Origin: a virus
DNA: 64,000 bases
Direction: 5' to 3' (one strand)
IMG/VR virus record: IMGVR_UViG_3300035183_001487
Location: 3,781-67,780 of that record
Shown: in pieces, positions 1 to 8,321 of the stretch
How positions within the stretch are numbered: position 1 is the first letter of the stretch
How the letters are laid out: each line of letters begins with the position of its first letter
Notes under the pieces: generated by a model
Database searches by the model: none
What the model was told of the DNA's origin: nothing
Seen by the model: the letters and a program-made list of their open reading frames with translations, nothing else
Translations under genes and position numbers: made by a program

Positions 1-2
1 GC

Positions 3-68
3 GTCGTGGAGTTGCGGGGCGTGGAGCACCACCGGGGCAATTCGGGCGTCTACGTCCTGGTGGCGTGA
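3..68 (+). CDS. 3' end of a gene entering from the left edge (partial)
   Basis: Open frame ...VVELRGVEHHRGNSGVYVLVA* with GC-rich third positions, TGA at 66-68. Confidence 0.4.
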   Translation, partial: VVELRGVEHHRGNSGVYVLVA

Positions 69-107
69 TGAATCTTCCAAATCACCCCAAAACGCCCCAA
101 ATTGATC

Positions 108-136
108 TTGATTTTCGGCCGGGGGCGCTCCAACCT
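108..136 (+). promoter_or_regulatory. Sigma70-like promoter of the early operon
   Basis: TTGATT-17 nt-CAACCT; similar layout at 5816-5843, 23870-23897(-) and 50665-50693(-). Confidence 0.55.
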
Positions 137-141
137 TCAGC

Positions 142-160
142 TGGGCCGAAAACCCACAGG
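142..160 (+). promoter_or_regulatory. Antisense target site, upstream copy (a1/b1-like)
   Basis: TGGG-CCGAAAA-CCCA hairpin overlapping ACAGG; complementary to 268-284. Confidence 0.7.
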
Positions 161-206
161 CATCACGCACCCCTAGTTCCGCGTCCAGGGCTCACCTATT
201 CTTGGC

Positions 207-294
207 GTGGCGGGTGTGGGGCGGAATACAACACCTCACGCCAAGTAGGGAATACCCCCGCGCCCGATCCTGTGGCGTTTTCGGCACCCGCCGC
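207..294 (+). ncRNA. C4-like antisense RNA (P1 C4 / P4 CI type)
   Basis: Closing stem GTGGCGGGTG 207-216 / CACCCGCCGC 285-294; AATACAACACC...GGGAATA arm as I recall from C4-type RNAs; hairpin CGCC-CGATCCTGT-GGCG 261-277 then unpaired TTTTCGG 278-284; complementary sites on both flanks. Confidence 0.7.
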
Positions 295-311
295 CTCCGC
301 GCCGGAGGCAT

Positions 312-343
312 GGGCCGCCGAAACGGCCCCCGAAGAACAGGAG
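312..343 (+). promoter_or_regulatory. Antisense target site, downstream copy (a2/b2-like) overlapping RBS
   Basis: GGGCCG-CCGAAA-CGGCCC hairpin, then AACAGGAG 6 nt before ATG 350. Confidence 0.75.
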
Positions 344-349
344 GGCGAG

Positions 350-601
350 ATGCCCATTCCCAACCCCGCCAGGCCGGAGGTCCATCGGAAGGTGGGGGTC
401 CACGTCATGGACCCCGTCCAGAAGACCCTGGTCATCGCCTTCAAGGCCTACGACCCCATGGACGGCCACAGGCTGGCCCTGCGGCTGTCCCGCATGGCCG
501 AGTTCCAGGGCTGCTACGCGGTGCTCTGCGGTCGCGCCGAGGGTGTGGCCTACTACCCGGGCTCCATGGTCCGCGAGGCCGCTCCGCAGGGGGTGGCCTG
601 A
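350..601 (+). CDS. Hypothetical protein, first gene of early operon
   Basis: AGGAGG RBS then ATG at 350; stop overlaps next start. Confidence 0.7.
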   Translation: MPIPNPARPEVHRKVGVHVMDPVQKTLVIAFKAYDPMDGHRLALRLSRMAEFQGCYAVLCGRAEGVAYYPGSMVREAAPQGVA

Positions 602-867
602 TGCTGCCGCCGCCCTTCACTGGCCCTGAACTGATCCCCGTGGCGAACCGCCTGGACCGGGGCCTCGACTGCTCGCGCTGGGAGTCCATGCGGCTCCTCG
701 CCACCCTTCGCCTCGCGCTGGGCGCCCTCCTGGCGGAGCGGGTGGGCTCGCCCCACAGCCCCGCCGTGCTGGTTGACCACGACCTCCTCAACTTCGGGTG
801 CCACCCCGCCGTGCGTCAGCAGGACCGCGGCCGGATGGTGCCTCCCTCTCCGTCGGAGCCCCGATGA
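601..867 (+). CDS. Hypothetical protein
   Basis: TGATG coupling at 601; ATGA overlap with next gene. Confidence 0.6.
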   Translation: MLPPPFTGPELIPVANRLDRGLDCSRWESMRLLATLRLALGALLAERVGSPHSPAVLVDHDLLNFGCHPAVRQQDRGRMVPPSPSEPR

Positions 868-2006
868 CGAACACCACCACCACCGAGCGCCCCGTCGGGA
901 CGCTCCTGTCGAAGGCCGCCCTGAATTCCGCCCTGCTCGAGCGGTTCCACGGCGGCAAGACCTTCGAGGACCGCGAGACCTACGTCGGCGCCTCGGAAGT
1001 CGGCACCTGCCTGCGCCTCGTGGCGTGGCGCAAGCTCCACCCCGCCGAGTCGCAGATCACCGACCCCAAGAGCGCCGGCCGCATGCGCGCGGGCACGATC
1101 CTCGAGAACGAGTTCGTGCAGATGGTCCGCCTGGCCCTGGGCGGCAAGGTCCGGGAGACGGGCGGCGCGCAGGCCGAGATCGTGGTGCCGGACGCCCCCA
1201 TGCGCCTCCACCCGGACGGCCGCATCCTCGCCTCCGCCATCGCCGATCTGGCGGGCCACGAGATCCATGTCCTCGGCGTCGACGGGAAGCCCATGGTGCT
1301 CGACGCGCTGCCCGAGGGCGACGGCGCCCTGGAGATCAAGACGGCGGCCTCCTACCAGATGCGCCGCTTCCTCCGCGAGGGCCTGTCCCTGGCCTACAAG
1401 GACCAGACCCAGTGCCAGACGGGTTCCCAGGGCCTGAAGTGGGGCCTGCTCGTGCTGGGCAGCCGCGAGAACCTCGAGGACGTCGCCGTCTTCTTCTGGC
1501 ATGCCGATCCCGACGCCTACGAGGCGGCGAAGGAGCGCGCCCGCAGGACCATGGCCGCCGTCGAGAAGATCCAGGCGGGGATCCTCGAAGAGCAGGCTGG
1601 GCTCCCTGAACCCGACACCGAGCGCGGCTACTGCCAGTACTGCCCCATCGCCGACACCTGCCCGGCCCTGGTCGCCGCAAAGGCCGTCGGCGATGCCGCA
1701 CCGATCCCGCCCGACCTCCTGCCTGACGTCGAGGCGCTGGCCGAGACCTACCTGGAGCTGAAGCCCCAGGCCGATGAATTCGAGGAGGCCAAGAACACCT
1801 TGCGGGACCTCCTCATCAACGCTGGCGTCACCAAGGGCGACGTGCTGCCCGACGGCACGAAGATCTCCATGACGCTCAACAAGGGCAAGACCACCGCCGA
1901 CGCGAAGGCTCTGGCCCGCAAGTACCCCACCGCCGCTGCTGACCCCGAAGTCGTGAAGACCGGGGATCCCTACTTCGTCATGAAGATCACGCCCACCAAG
2001 GCCTAG
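864..2006 (+). CDS. Cas4-like PD-(D/E)XK exonuclease with Fe-S cluster
   Basis: ASEVGTC near N-terminus, HPDG...LEIKT nuclease motifs, QTQCQ, C-terminal CQYCPIADTC. Confidence 0.8.
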   Translation: MTNTTTTERPVGTLLSKAALNSALLERFHGGKTFEDRETYVGASEVGTCLRLVAWRKLHPAESQITDPKSAGRMRAGTILENEFVQMVRLALGGKVRETGGAQAEIVVPDAPMRLHPDGRILASAIADLAGHEIHVLGVDGKPMVLDALPEGDGALEIKTAASYQMRRFLREGLSLAYKDQTQCQTGSQGLKWGLLVLGSRENLEDVAVFFWHADPDAYEAAKERARRTMAAVEKIQAGILEEQAGLPEPDTERGYCQYCPIADTCPALVAAKAVGDAAPIPPDLLPDVEALAETYLELKPQADEFEEAKNTLRDLLINAGVTKGDVLPDGTKISMTLNKGKTTADAKALARKYPTAAADPEVVKTGDPYFVMKITPTKA

Positions 2007-2015
2007 GAGCAACCC

Positions 2016-3056
2016 ATGAACCAGCCGCTTCGCACCCTCGAAGCCATGCCACTGCAGGCGCCCCACGGATCGGGCGCCCACGCAGTGGTCAACGCCGCCG
2101 CCGCCCTCGGCGGGATCCGCGACCGCATCCAGATCATCCAGCGGGCCATGAAGGAGTCCATGCAGGAGGACGTCCACTACGGGAAGATCCCCGGGACCGA
2201 AAAGGCCACCCTGCTCAAGCCCGGCGCCGAGATGCTCTGCGCCCTGTTCCAGTTCAGCCCCGAGGTCGTGCCCACGCAGGTGGCGGACTACCCCGACGTC
2301 GTGCGCCCCTGGAAGGGCCGCCGGAAGAAGTGGTTCGACGGGCCCCGGGGCCGGGATTTCTCCTGGGAAGAGATCCAGGGCGAAACCTCCGGCTACTACG
2401 AGGTCATCTCGACCTGCACCATCCGCGCCGCCAACGGGGCCGTCATCGCCACGGCCGCGGGCTCCTGCAACAACCTGGAAAACAAGTACCGCGAGCAGAT
2501 CGTCTGGGACGTCCGGAACACGATCCTGAAGATGAGCGGCAAGCGGGCGCTGATCGCCTCCGTGCTGCTGGCGACCGGGTGCTCCGACATGTTCACCCAG
2601 GACCTGGACGACGACTGGGACGGCGAGCACGACGCTCCCCCAAAGGCCGCCAAGCCCTCCGCGGGCCCGCGGCCTGCAGCTTCGGCGCCGGCGGCCCAGC
2701 CCTCGGGCGGAGCGGGGGGCGATGACTGGGGCCCCTTCCTCAGCGAGAAGCAGCGCGGAGCCGCCTTCAGCAAAGTCAGCAAGCTGAAGCTCGACCACGA
2801 TGCCGGGCACCGAGTCCTCCTCGCCGTCTCGAGGGGCCCCAGGGGCGCCGCGGTCGAGTTCATGAACGTCCTGTTCAGCCAGGACGACGCGAAGATCCGC
2901 GCCGCCTTCGAGGGCCATCCGGCCTGGAAGGCCTCGGCTCCGGAACCCGCCAAGGCCGACGCCTCCGCCACGCCTCCTCCTTCCACCCCGCCGCCGCCCG
3001 CCGGCGCGGCTGTGCAGCCCGGCCTCGAGGACACGGGCTGGCCGCCGGAGCGCTGA
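2016..3056 (+). CDS. Probable ssDNA-annealing/recombination protein
   Basis: HYGKIPGTEKATLLKPGAE...NTILKMSGKRA...MFTQDLDD pattern; directly after exonuclease. Confidence 0.6.
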   Translation: MNQPLRTLEAMPLQAPHGSGAHAVVNAAAALGGIRDRIQIIQRAMKESMQEDVHYGKIPGTEKATLLKPGAEMLCALFQFSPEVVPTQVADYPDVVRPWKGRRKKWFDGPRGRDFSWEEIQGETSGYYEVISTCTIRAANGAVIATAAGSCNNLENKYREQIVWDVRNTILKMSGKRALIASVLLATGCSDMFTQDLDDDWDGEHDAPPKAAKPSAGPRPAASAPAAQPSGGAGGDDWGPFLSEKQRGAAFSKVSKLKLDHDAGHRVLLAVSRGPRGAAVEFMNVLFSQDDAKIRAAFEGHPAWKASAPEPAKADASATPPPSTPPPPAGAAVQPGLEDTGWPPER

Positions 3057-3337
3057 TGGATACGCCCTTCATCCTCGCCAACCTCGGCGTGGTGGCCGTC
3101 GTGGTCGGAGTGCTCGTGCTCTCCGACCGCGACGAGCGGCGCCGCCTGGCCGCGAAGTCGAACCGCGAGAAGCTCGAACGGGAGCGCCTGCAGCTCGAAC
3201 TGGAAGTGGCAAACCGCCAAGCCAGGGCTGAGGCCGATGCGAGCTTCGCCGCGCTCCGGGCCTGGACTGCTTCCTGGATCGCCAAGGGCGGCCCTGAGAA
3301 CTGGGAGCAGTTCGTCTACGCCCGGCGGAGGTACTGA
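3056..3337 (+). CDS. Small membrane-anchored coiled-coil protein
   Basis: N-terminal hydrophobic helix; coupled starts and stops. Confidence 0.6.
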   Translation: MDTPFILANLGVVAVVVGVLVLSDRDERRRLAAKSNREKLERERLQLELEVANRQARAEADASFAALRAWTASWIAKGGPENWEQFVYARRRY

Positions 3338-3735
3338 TGCCCGTCAAGCCCAACGGCCCCACCGCCAGCATCCACAGAGTGCTCTCCGGCCTCGACCTGG
3401 GAGGCATCTACTCCTACTCCGATCTGGCGCGTCGGCTGTATGAAGCCAACCCGGCCCTCGTGGGCTCGAACATCGGGCGCACGATCAAGATCGCCGTGAA
3501 GAGCGGGGCCCTGGTTCGCATCTGCACGGGCAGCTACCGCTTCCTGGGCCCCTTGGCCCAGGCCTTCGACTCCTTCGATTCCGCGGCGGAGCCCGGGAAC
3601 GTCAGGCCGATGCGCGTCTCACCGTCCTACCGCCCCGATCCAATCGCCGAGGTCCTGGCCTCGCTGGCCGCGCTCCACAACCGCCTGGACGACCTCCAGC
3701 GCGCCGTCGAGCGCATCGGCGCGAGGGCGTCATGA
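3337..3735 (+). CDS. Hypothetical, possible winged-helix protein
   Basis: Coupled ORF; helix-helix-GALVRICTGSYR wing-like pattern. Confidence 0.5.
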   Translation: MPVKPNGPTASIHRVLSGLDLGGIYSYSDLARRLYEANPALVGSNIGRTIKIAVKSGALVRICTGSYRFLGPLAQAFDSFDSAAEPGNVRPMRVSPSYRPDPIAEVLASLAALHNRLDDLQRAVERIGARAS

Positions 3736-4148
3736 TCGCCCGGGCCCTCGTGTGCTCCCTGGTGGCCCTGTGGGCGCGCCCCGCCGTGGCCCCGCCTTCC
3801 GGCCCGCGCCCGGATCCGCCGCCCACCACCCTCATGGTCGCCAGCTGGTACGGCCCGAAGCATCACGGCCGCATCACCGCCAGCGGCGAGCGGTTCGACA
3901 TGTACGCCCTGACCGCCGCCCACCGCTACCTGCCCTTCGGGACGCCGGTGTCCTGCAGCGTCGCAGGCCGTTCCGTTGTCGTCCGAATCAACGACCGAGG
4001 CCCCTACGTGCGCCGGAAAGGCCACTACACCCGCGACCTCGATCTCAGCATGGCCGCCGCCAATCGCCTCGGCTACCTCGCCCACGGCGAGGCCGTGCTG
4101 GAAGTCCAGATCCTCACCCCTGAAAGGAGCAGCCATGGCCGCCCCTGA
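3732..4148 (+). CDS. rlpA: RlpA-family lytic transglycosylase (DPBB)
   Basis: ASWYG...TASGERFDMYALTAAHRYLPFGT...VRINDRGPY...DLDLSMAAA signature; signal peptide. Confidence 0.9.
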   Translation: MIARALVCSLVALWARPAVAPPSGPRPDPPPTTLMVASWYGPKHHGRITASGERFDMYALTAAHRYLPFGTPVSCSVAGRSVVVRINDRGPYVRRKGHYTRDLDLSMAAANRLGYLAHGEAVLEVQILTPERSSHGRP

Positions 4149-4380
4149 ACCCTTCCTCTCCCAGGCCGCAACCATCCGCAAGCTCCGCGAGGAGCTGTTC
4201 GGCGGGCATCTGAGCCCCGAGACCTTCGCCACGATGGTGGCGCGTGGCCTGCCCTCCGAATCCGTCCCGGGCTTCAAGTTCCCGCGCTTCCGCTACTCCA
4301 AGGTCGTCGCATGGATCGAGCAGCAGGCCGGCGGCGAGAGCCGCGGCCCGGGGCGCCCCCGCCTGCGGAAGTCGGCATGA
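4135..4380 (+). CDS. Excisionase/AlpA-like DNA-binding protein
   Basis: GAAAGGAG RBS; ARGLP...PRFRYSKVVAWIE pattern; C-terminal GPGRPR. Confidence 0.55.
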   Translation: MAAPEPFLSQAATIRKLREELFGGHLSPETFATMVARGLPSESVPGFKFPRFRYSKVVAWIEQQAGGESRGPGRPRLRKSA

Positions 4381-4847
4381 TCACCAAGTTCGACCCCGCG
4401 GCCTACCCCCGGAACTGGACGCACCCCCCGGTGCCCATCCCGGAGCACGAGGCGCAGGCCGTCATCGTGGAGGCCCTCCAGGCCCATGGCCTGCAGGTCT
4501 GGGTCATCGACGCCGGCGGGGCCGGGATTCGGGGGAAGCTCCTGGGCGTGCTGGTCAAGTTCGGGATCTCGCGCGACCTGGCCCTGCGCATCGCCAAGGC
4601 GGTCTTCGGCGCGGCCCCGACGGCCTGGCCGGACCTCTTCACCATCCTGCCCCTCGGCCAGGCCTGCTTCATCGAGGTCAAGCGCCCGGCCTGCTGGGAC
4701 CCCTGCACCGGGAGGAAGGTGCAAGACGCCGGCGTCCCCACCACCAACCAGCTGCGCTTCCTCGAGGCGGCCGCCAAGCGCGGCGCCGCGGCGGGCGTGG
4801 CTTGGCATCCGAAGGATGCCCTTCGAATCGCGGGGCTCCGGGGATGA
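4377..4847 (+). CDS. VRR-NUC family nuclease / resolvase
   Basis: EHEAQ...WPDL...FIEVKRP...TNQLRFL. Confidence 0.8.
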   Translation: MITKFDPAAYPRNWTHPPVPIPEHEAQAVIVEALQAHGLQVWVIDAGGAGIRGKLLGVLVKFGISRDLALRIAKAVFGAAPTAWPDLFTILPLGQACFIEVKRPACWDPCTGRKVQDAGVPTTNQLRFLEAAAKRGAAAGVAWHPKDALRIAGLRG

Positions 4848-5809
4848 ACTGGACCATTCACCAGGGTGACGCACTGGAAACGCTGCGGGGACTGCCCTCA
4901 GAGTCCGTCCATTGCGTCGTGACCTCACCGCCCTACTGGGGCCTGCGGGACTACGGCCACGATGGGCAGATGGGCCTTGAGGAGACACCCGAGGCCTACG
5001 TCACCGGCATGGTGGAGGTGTTCCGCGAGGTCCGCCGGGTGCTCCGTGCGGACGGGACGCTCTGGTTGAACATCGGGGACAGCTACGCCAGCAGCACCAA
5101 GGGAAGCGGGGGCACTGGAAAAAGTACGCTCGGCGCCGCCAGTGGTGGGAACGGCATAAGCGAGGCAGGCATCCTTCGTTCGCAGAAGCGGCAAGCAATG
5201 GAAGCTCGGAAGGTCGCTTGTGGCCTACCAGAGAGGAACCTCGTCGGCATCCCTTGGCGCCTCGCCTTCGCCCTCCAGGCTGATGGCTGGTATCTGCGCC
5301 AGGACATCATCTGGCACAAGCCCAACCCCATGCCGGAGAGCGTGACCGACCGTTGCACGAAGGCGCACGAATACCTGTTTCTGCTCACCAAGGGGGAGCG
5401 GTACTACTTCGACCACGAGGCCATCAAAGAGGACGCCGTGCGCGGGGCGGCAGGTTCGTCCTTCAACACCGGCAAGACCGCCGAACACCAACTTGGCCGG
5501 GCCAGCACCGCCGAGCGGATGGAGGACGGGAAGCGCAACCGCCGCGACGTATGGACCATCCCGACGAAGCCCTTCAAGGGCGCCCATTTCGCGGTGATGC
5601 CCGAGGCCCTGGTCGAGCCCTGCATCCTGGCCGGATGCCCCTCCGGCGGGACCGTCCTGGATCCCTTCACGGGCTCGGGGACTGTGGGGGTGGTGGCCCG
5701 GCGCCTGGCCCGCGGATTCGTCGGCATCGAACTGAACACGAAGTACGCCCGCATGTCGCTCCGGCGCATCAACGCGGCCCCCATGGGCTTGGATGGGCTC
5801 GCCTCATGA
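4844..5809 (+). CDS. DNA methyltransferase, beta class (N4-C/N6-A)
   Basis: VTSPPYW catalytic motif before VLDPFTGSGT SAM motif. Confidence 0.95.
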   Translation: MNWTIHQGDALETLRGLPSESVHCVVTSPPYWGLRDYGHDGQMGLEETPEAYVTGMVEVFREVRRVLRADGTLWLNIGDSYASSTKGSGGTGKSTLGAASGGNGISEAGILRSQKRQAMEARKVACGLPERNLVGIPWRLAFALQADGWYLRQDIIWHKPNPMPESVTDRCTKAHEYLFLLTKGERYYFDHEAIKEDAVRGAAGSSFNTGKTAEHQLGRASTAERMEDGKRNRRDVWTIPTKPFKGAHFAVMPEALVEPCILAGCPSGGTVLDPFTGSGTVGVVARRLARGFVGIELNTKYARMSLRRINAAPMGLDGLAS

Positions 5810-5815
5810 CCCCCC

Positions 5816-5874
5816 TTGCGCCCCCCGCTGGTGGAGTTAACCTCCACACCCCGGGCCGAAATCCCGAACAGGAG
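5816..5874 (+). promoter_or_regulatory. Promoter plus antisense target site upstream of the replication gene
   Basis: TTGCGC-16 nt-TAACCT; CGGG-CCGAAAT-CCCG hairpin immediately followed by AACAGGAG. Confidence 0.7.
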
Positions 5875-5880
5875 TAGTGC

Positions 5881-5916
5881 ATGACCAGCCGTAGGCCTGC
5901 GAACGGAGGGTGGTGA
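5881..5916 (+). CDS. 11-aa leader peptide coupled to the replication gene
   Basis: AGGAG RBS, MTSRRPANGGW*, TGA overlaps ATG at 5916. Confidence 0.5.
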   Translation: MTSRRPANGGW

Positions 5917-7025
5917 TGGCGCGTCCCGGCTTCATCCACCACCGCAAGTTCAAGCGCCTTTCCAGGGCGCTCGGCTCGCCGGCGCTGGCGAGGGGGTGCC
6001 TAGAGATGCTCTGGGACACCTGCTATGAGGCTGGCGACGACTACCTCGGAACCGCCGAGGACGTGGAGCTATCCGCCTACTGGGATGGGGAGCCCGGGGT
6101 CCTGTGTGAAGCGCTGCTCACCGCTGGCGGGGAGGGGAACCCTGGGTTCATCGAGGAGGTGTCCGGGCGCCCCGGCCACTACCGGGTCCACGACCTGTAC
6201 GACCACGCCCCCGAGTACGTCCAGAAGCGGATGGCCCGGGAGGCCGAGCGCATCGCCAAGGGGCAGACGATCTCCGAAATCCGGAGTGCTGCCGGGAAGC
6301 GCGGGCGGCAGTCCCAGCTCGCCGCCGCCCTGGCAAACGTCGGGCAAACGTCGGGCAAACGTCGGGCAAACGGCGGGCAAACGGCGGACACTTGCCCGCA
6401 AAAACGGGCAAACGGCGGGCAAGCGGCGGCAAACGGCGGCACTCCCGCACCCGCACCCGCACCCACCACCCCAAAGAATCCTCCTCCGCTTCGCTACGGA
6501 GGTTGCTCCGAGGGCTCCTCGGAGCCGCCCGCGGCGAAGGCTTTGGACCCGAAATCGCCAGGAAGGCCCCTGGAAGCCCTGAAGCGACCCCAGGGGCCCG
6601 CTACCCCCGCCGGGAGTCCCGTCCCTGGCCTTCCTGGCCCGGTTCCTCTCAACGGCGGGGCCGTCGTGGCCCTGGTCCCAGCCCTCCAAGGCGCCCAGGT
6701 CCCGATCTCCCAGTCCCAGGTGGACGAGTGGGCCAAGGCCTACCCCGCGGTGGACGTGCCCCTGGAGATCCGGCGGGCCATCGCCTGGCTGAACGCCTCC
6801 CCCACCCGCCTGAAGACCCCGAGGGGTGTCCCCAGGTTCCTCGTGAGTTGGTTCGGGCGCACCCAGGACCAGGGCGGCTCGAAGGGGGTCCCCCCGAAGG
6901 GCAAGGGCCCCGCCTTCGCCTTCGCTCCCCCGGGCCCGAAGGGCATTGACCCCGACCTCGCCCACCTGCTGAGGCCCGATGAGATCGACTTCGAGTACCC
7001 CCCCGAACCCGAGGAGGCATCGTGA
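5916..7025 (+). CDS. Phage replication initiator (lambda O-like architecture)
   Basis: N-terminal HRKFKRLSRALG domain, internal tandem repeats, C-terminal AYPAVDV...WL...RFLVSW domain. Confidence 0.75.
   Translation: MARPGFIHHRKFKRLSRALGSPALARGCLEMLWDTCYEAGDDYLGTAEDVELSAYWDGEPGVLCEALLTAGGEGNPGFIEEVSGRPGHYRVHDLYDHAPEYVQKRMAREAERIAKGQTISEIRSAAGKRGRQSQLAAALANVGQTSGKRRANGGQTADTCPQKRANGGQAAANGGTPAPAPAPTTPKNPPPLRYGGCSEGSSEPPAAKALDPKSPGRPLEALKRPQGPATPAGSPVPGLPGPVPLNGGAVVALVPALQGAQVPISQSQVDEWAKAYPAVDVPLEIRRAIAWLNASPTRLKTPRGVPRFLVSWFGRTQDQGGSKGVPPKGKGPAFAFAPPGPKGIDPDLAHLLRPDEIDFEYPPEPEEAS
6332..6440 (+). repeat. Iteron-like 11-bp repeats, probable replication origin
   Basis: Five tandem GGCAAACG(T/G)CG units, an inverted CTTGCCCG, then about three further copies. 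Confidence 0.75.
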
Positions 7026-7339
7026 GCAGCCTGTATCCCGAGTACCGCGCCGCCGGGCGCTGCGGTGACTGCGGCGCCGACCCTGTGCCGGGCCGTGCCT
7101 TCTGCGCGGCGCATGCCGCCGCCCGCGCCACCCGCCAGCGGAAGTGGAACCCACGGCGCACCGTGCAGCGCCGGGCCTGGGCACGCCTGGGTCGGTGCAT
7201 CGACTGCGGGTCCATCCCCGTCCCCGGCCGCTCCCGCTGCGGCTACCACCTGGAGCAGGCGGCAGATCGCATGGCCGCCCTGCGCAACCGCCAAACCCGC
7301 GGCGCCGAGAACGCCGCCAACCCACAGGAGAATTCATGA
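7022..7339 (+). CDS. Double zinc-finger protein
   Basis: Two GRCxDCG..PVPGR..C..H repeats. Confidence 0.7.
   Translation: MSSLYPEYRAAGRCGDCGADPVPGRAFCAAHAAARATRQRKWNPRRTVQRRAWARLGRCIDCGSIPVPGRSRCGYHLEQAADRMAALRNRQTRGAENAANPQENS
7301..7330 (+). promoter_or_regulatory. Antisense target site upstream of RdgC-like gene
   Basis: GGCG-CCGAGAA-CGCC hairpin then ACAGGAG RBS before ATG 7336. Confidence 0.55.
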
Positions 7340-7950
7340 GCCTCTACCAAGGCGGGCTCGGCCTCCGGCGCTTCCTGGTCCTGGGCCCCGTGCCCGAGGA
7401 CGATGCGCTGGCCGAGGGCCTCGCTGAGAACCGCTTCCGCCCGTTCCAGGACGGCCTCGAGGAGGAGCGCGCCGGCTGGTGCGACTGGCGGAACCCCCTC
7501 ATCATCCCCCCCGACGCGGCCTGGGTCCGCCAGGATCGGTTCGCCGTCTTCGGGCTGCGCATCGACACGCGCCGGGTTCCGTCCGCCCTCCTGAAGGCCC
7601 ACGTGGACCTGCGCATCCGCCAGCTCATGGCGGAGAAGGACCTTGCCTTCATCGGCAAGGAGGCGCGGATCTCCATCCAGGACGAGGTCAAGGCGGAACT
7701 GCTCCACAAGGTGGTTCCGGCGATGCGCGTCTCCGACCTCGCCTGGGACCTGAAGGGCGGCGTCCTCTGGACCACGGCGACGTCTGGCCGGGCGGTGAGC
7801 GCCGTCATCGACCTCTTCATGAAGTCCTTCGGGGCCGAGCTTCAGCCCCTCCACCCGCTGCTGCTGGCGGGCCGCGTGGCCCCCGAGCTTCCGGTGGAGA
7901 CGCTGATGGCGCTGGACCCCATGGACCTCGAGCTTGATGAGGTGGAGTGA
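7336..7950 (+). CDS. rdgC: RdgC-like protein, N-terminal half
   Basis: F.P....EERAGW, LRIDTRRVPSALLK, IQDEVKAELL..V.P...WD motifs. Confidence 0.7.
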   Translation: MSLYQGGLGLRRFLVLGPVPEDDALAEGLAENRFRPFQDGLEEERAGWCDWRNPLIIPPDAAWVRQDRFAVFGLRIDTRRVPSALLKAHVDLRIRQLMAEKDLAFIGKEARISIQDEVKAELLHKVVPAMRVSDLAWDLKGGVLWTTATSGRAVSAVIDLFMKSFGAELQPLHPLLLAGRVAPELPVETLMALDPMDLELDEVE

Positions 7951-8321
7951 TGGGTATCCAAGACCGCGCCCAGGAATTCACCCTTCGAACGTGGACCTTC
8001 ACCCCGGCCGGGTTGGCCAGCGGCAGGTCCATCTCTATCAGCGCCACCTTTGCCATGGACGAGACCACGGCTCGCCTCCGCCTCGCGGCCCGCGGGACCC
8101 CTGTGGACGGGTGGGCCGGGAGGTTCGAGGATTCACCCGTCGAGGTCGATGAGCCGGCCCCCGAAGGCAAGAAGCGGTTCCTCGTCTCCATGTCCCGCAA
8201 GTCTGAGGCCGAGGTCGAGGTCTACGCCGCCGACGAGGACGAGGCCCGCCAGGAGGCTGTGGACTCGGATCCCGATTGGGACAACGAGATCCAGATCGAA
8301 TCTGTGAAGGAGATCAAGTGA
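7947..8321 (+). CDS. Hypothetical protein
   Basis: Coupled ORF; acidic C-terminus VEVYAADEDEARQEA. Confidence 0.6.
   Translation: MMGIQDRAQEFTLRTWTFTPAGLASGRSISISATFAMDETTARLRLAARGTPVDGWAGRFEDSPVEVDEPAPEGKKRFLVSMSRKSEAEVEVYAADEDEARQEAVDSDPDWDNEIQIESVKEIK

Noticed and set aside
65-349. N-terminal extension of ORF 65-601
   Set aside because: Spans the promoter and structured RNA; strong RBS supports ATG 350
864-6440. CRISPR-Cas system suggested by Cas4-like gene and short repeats
   Set aside because: No cas1/cas2 or effector genes; repeats are tandem with no spacers
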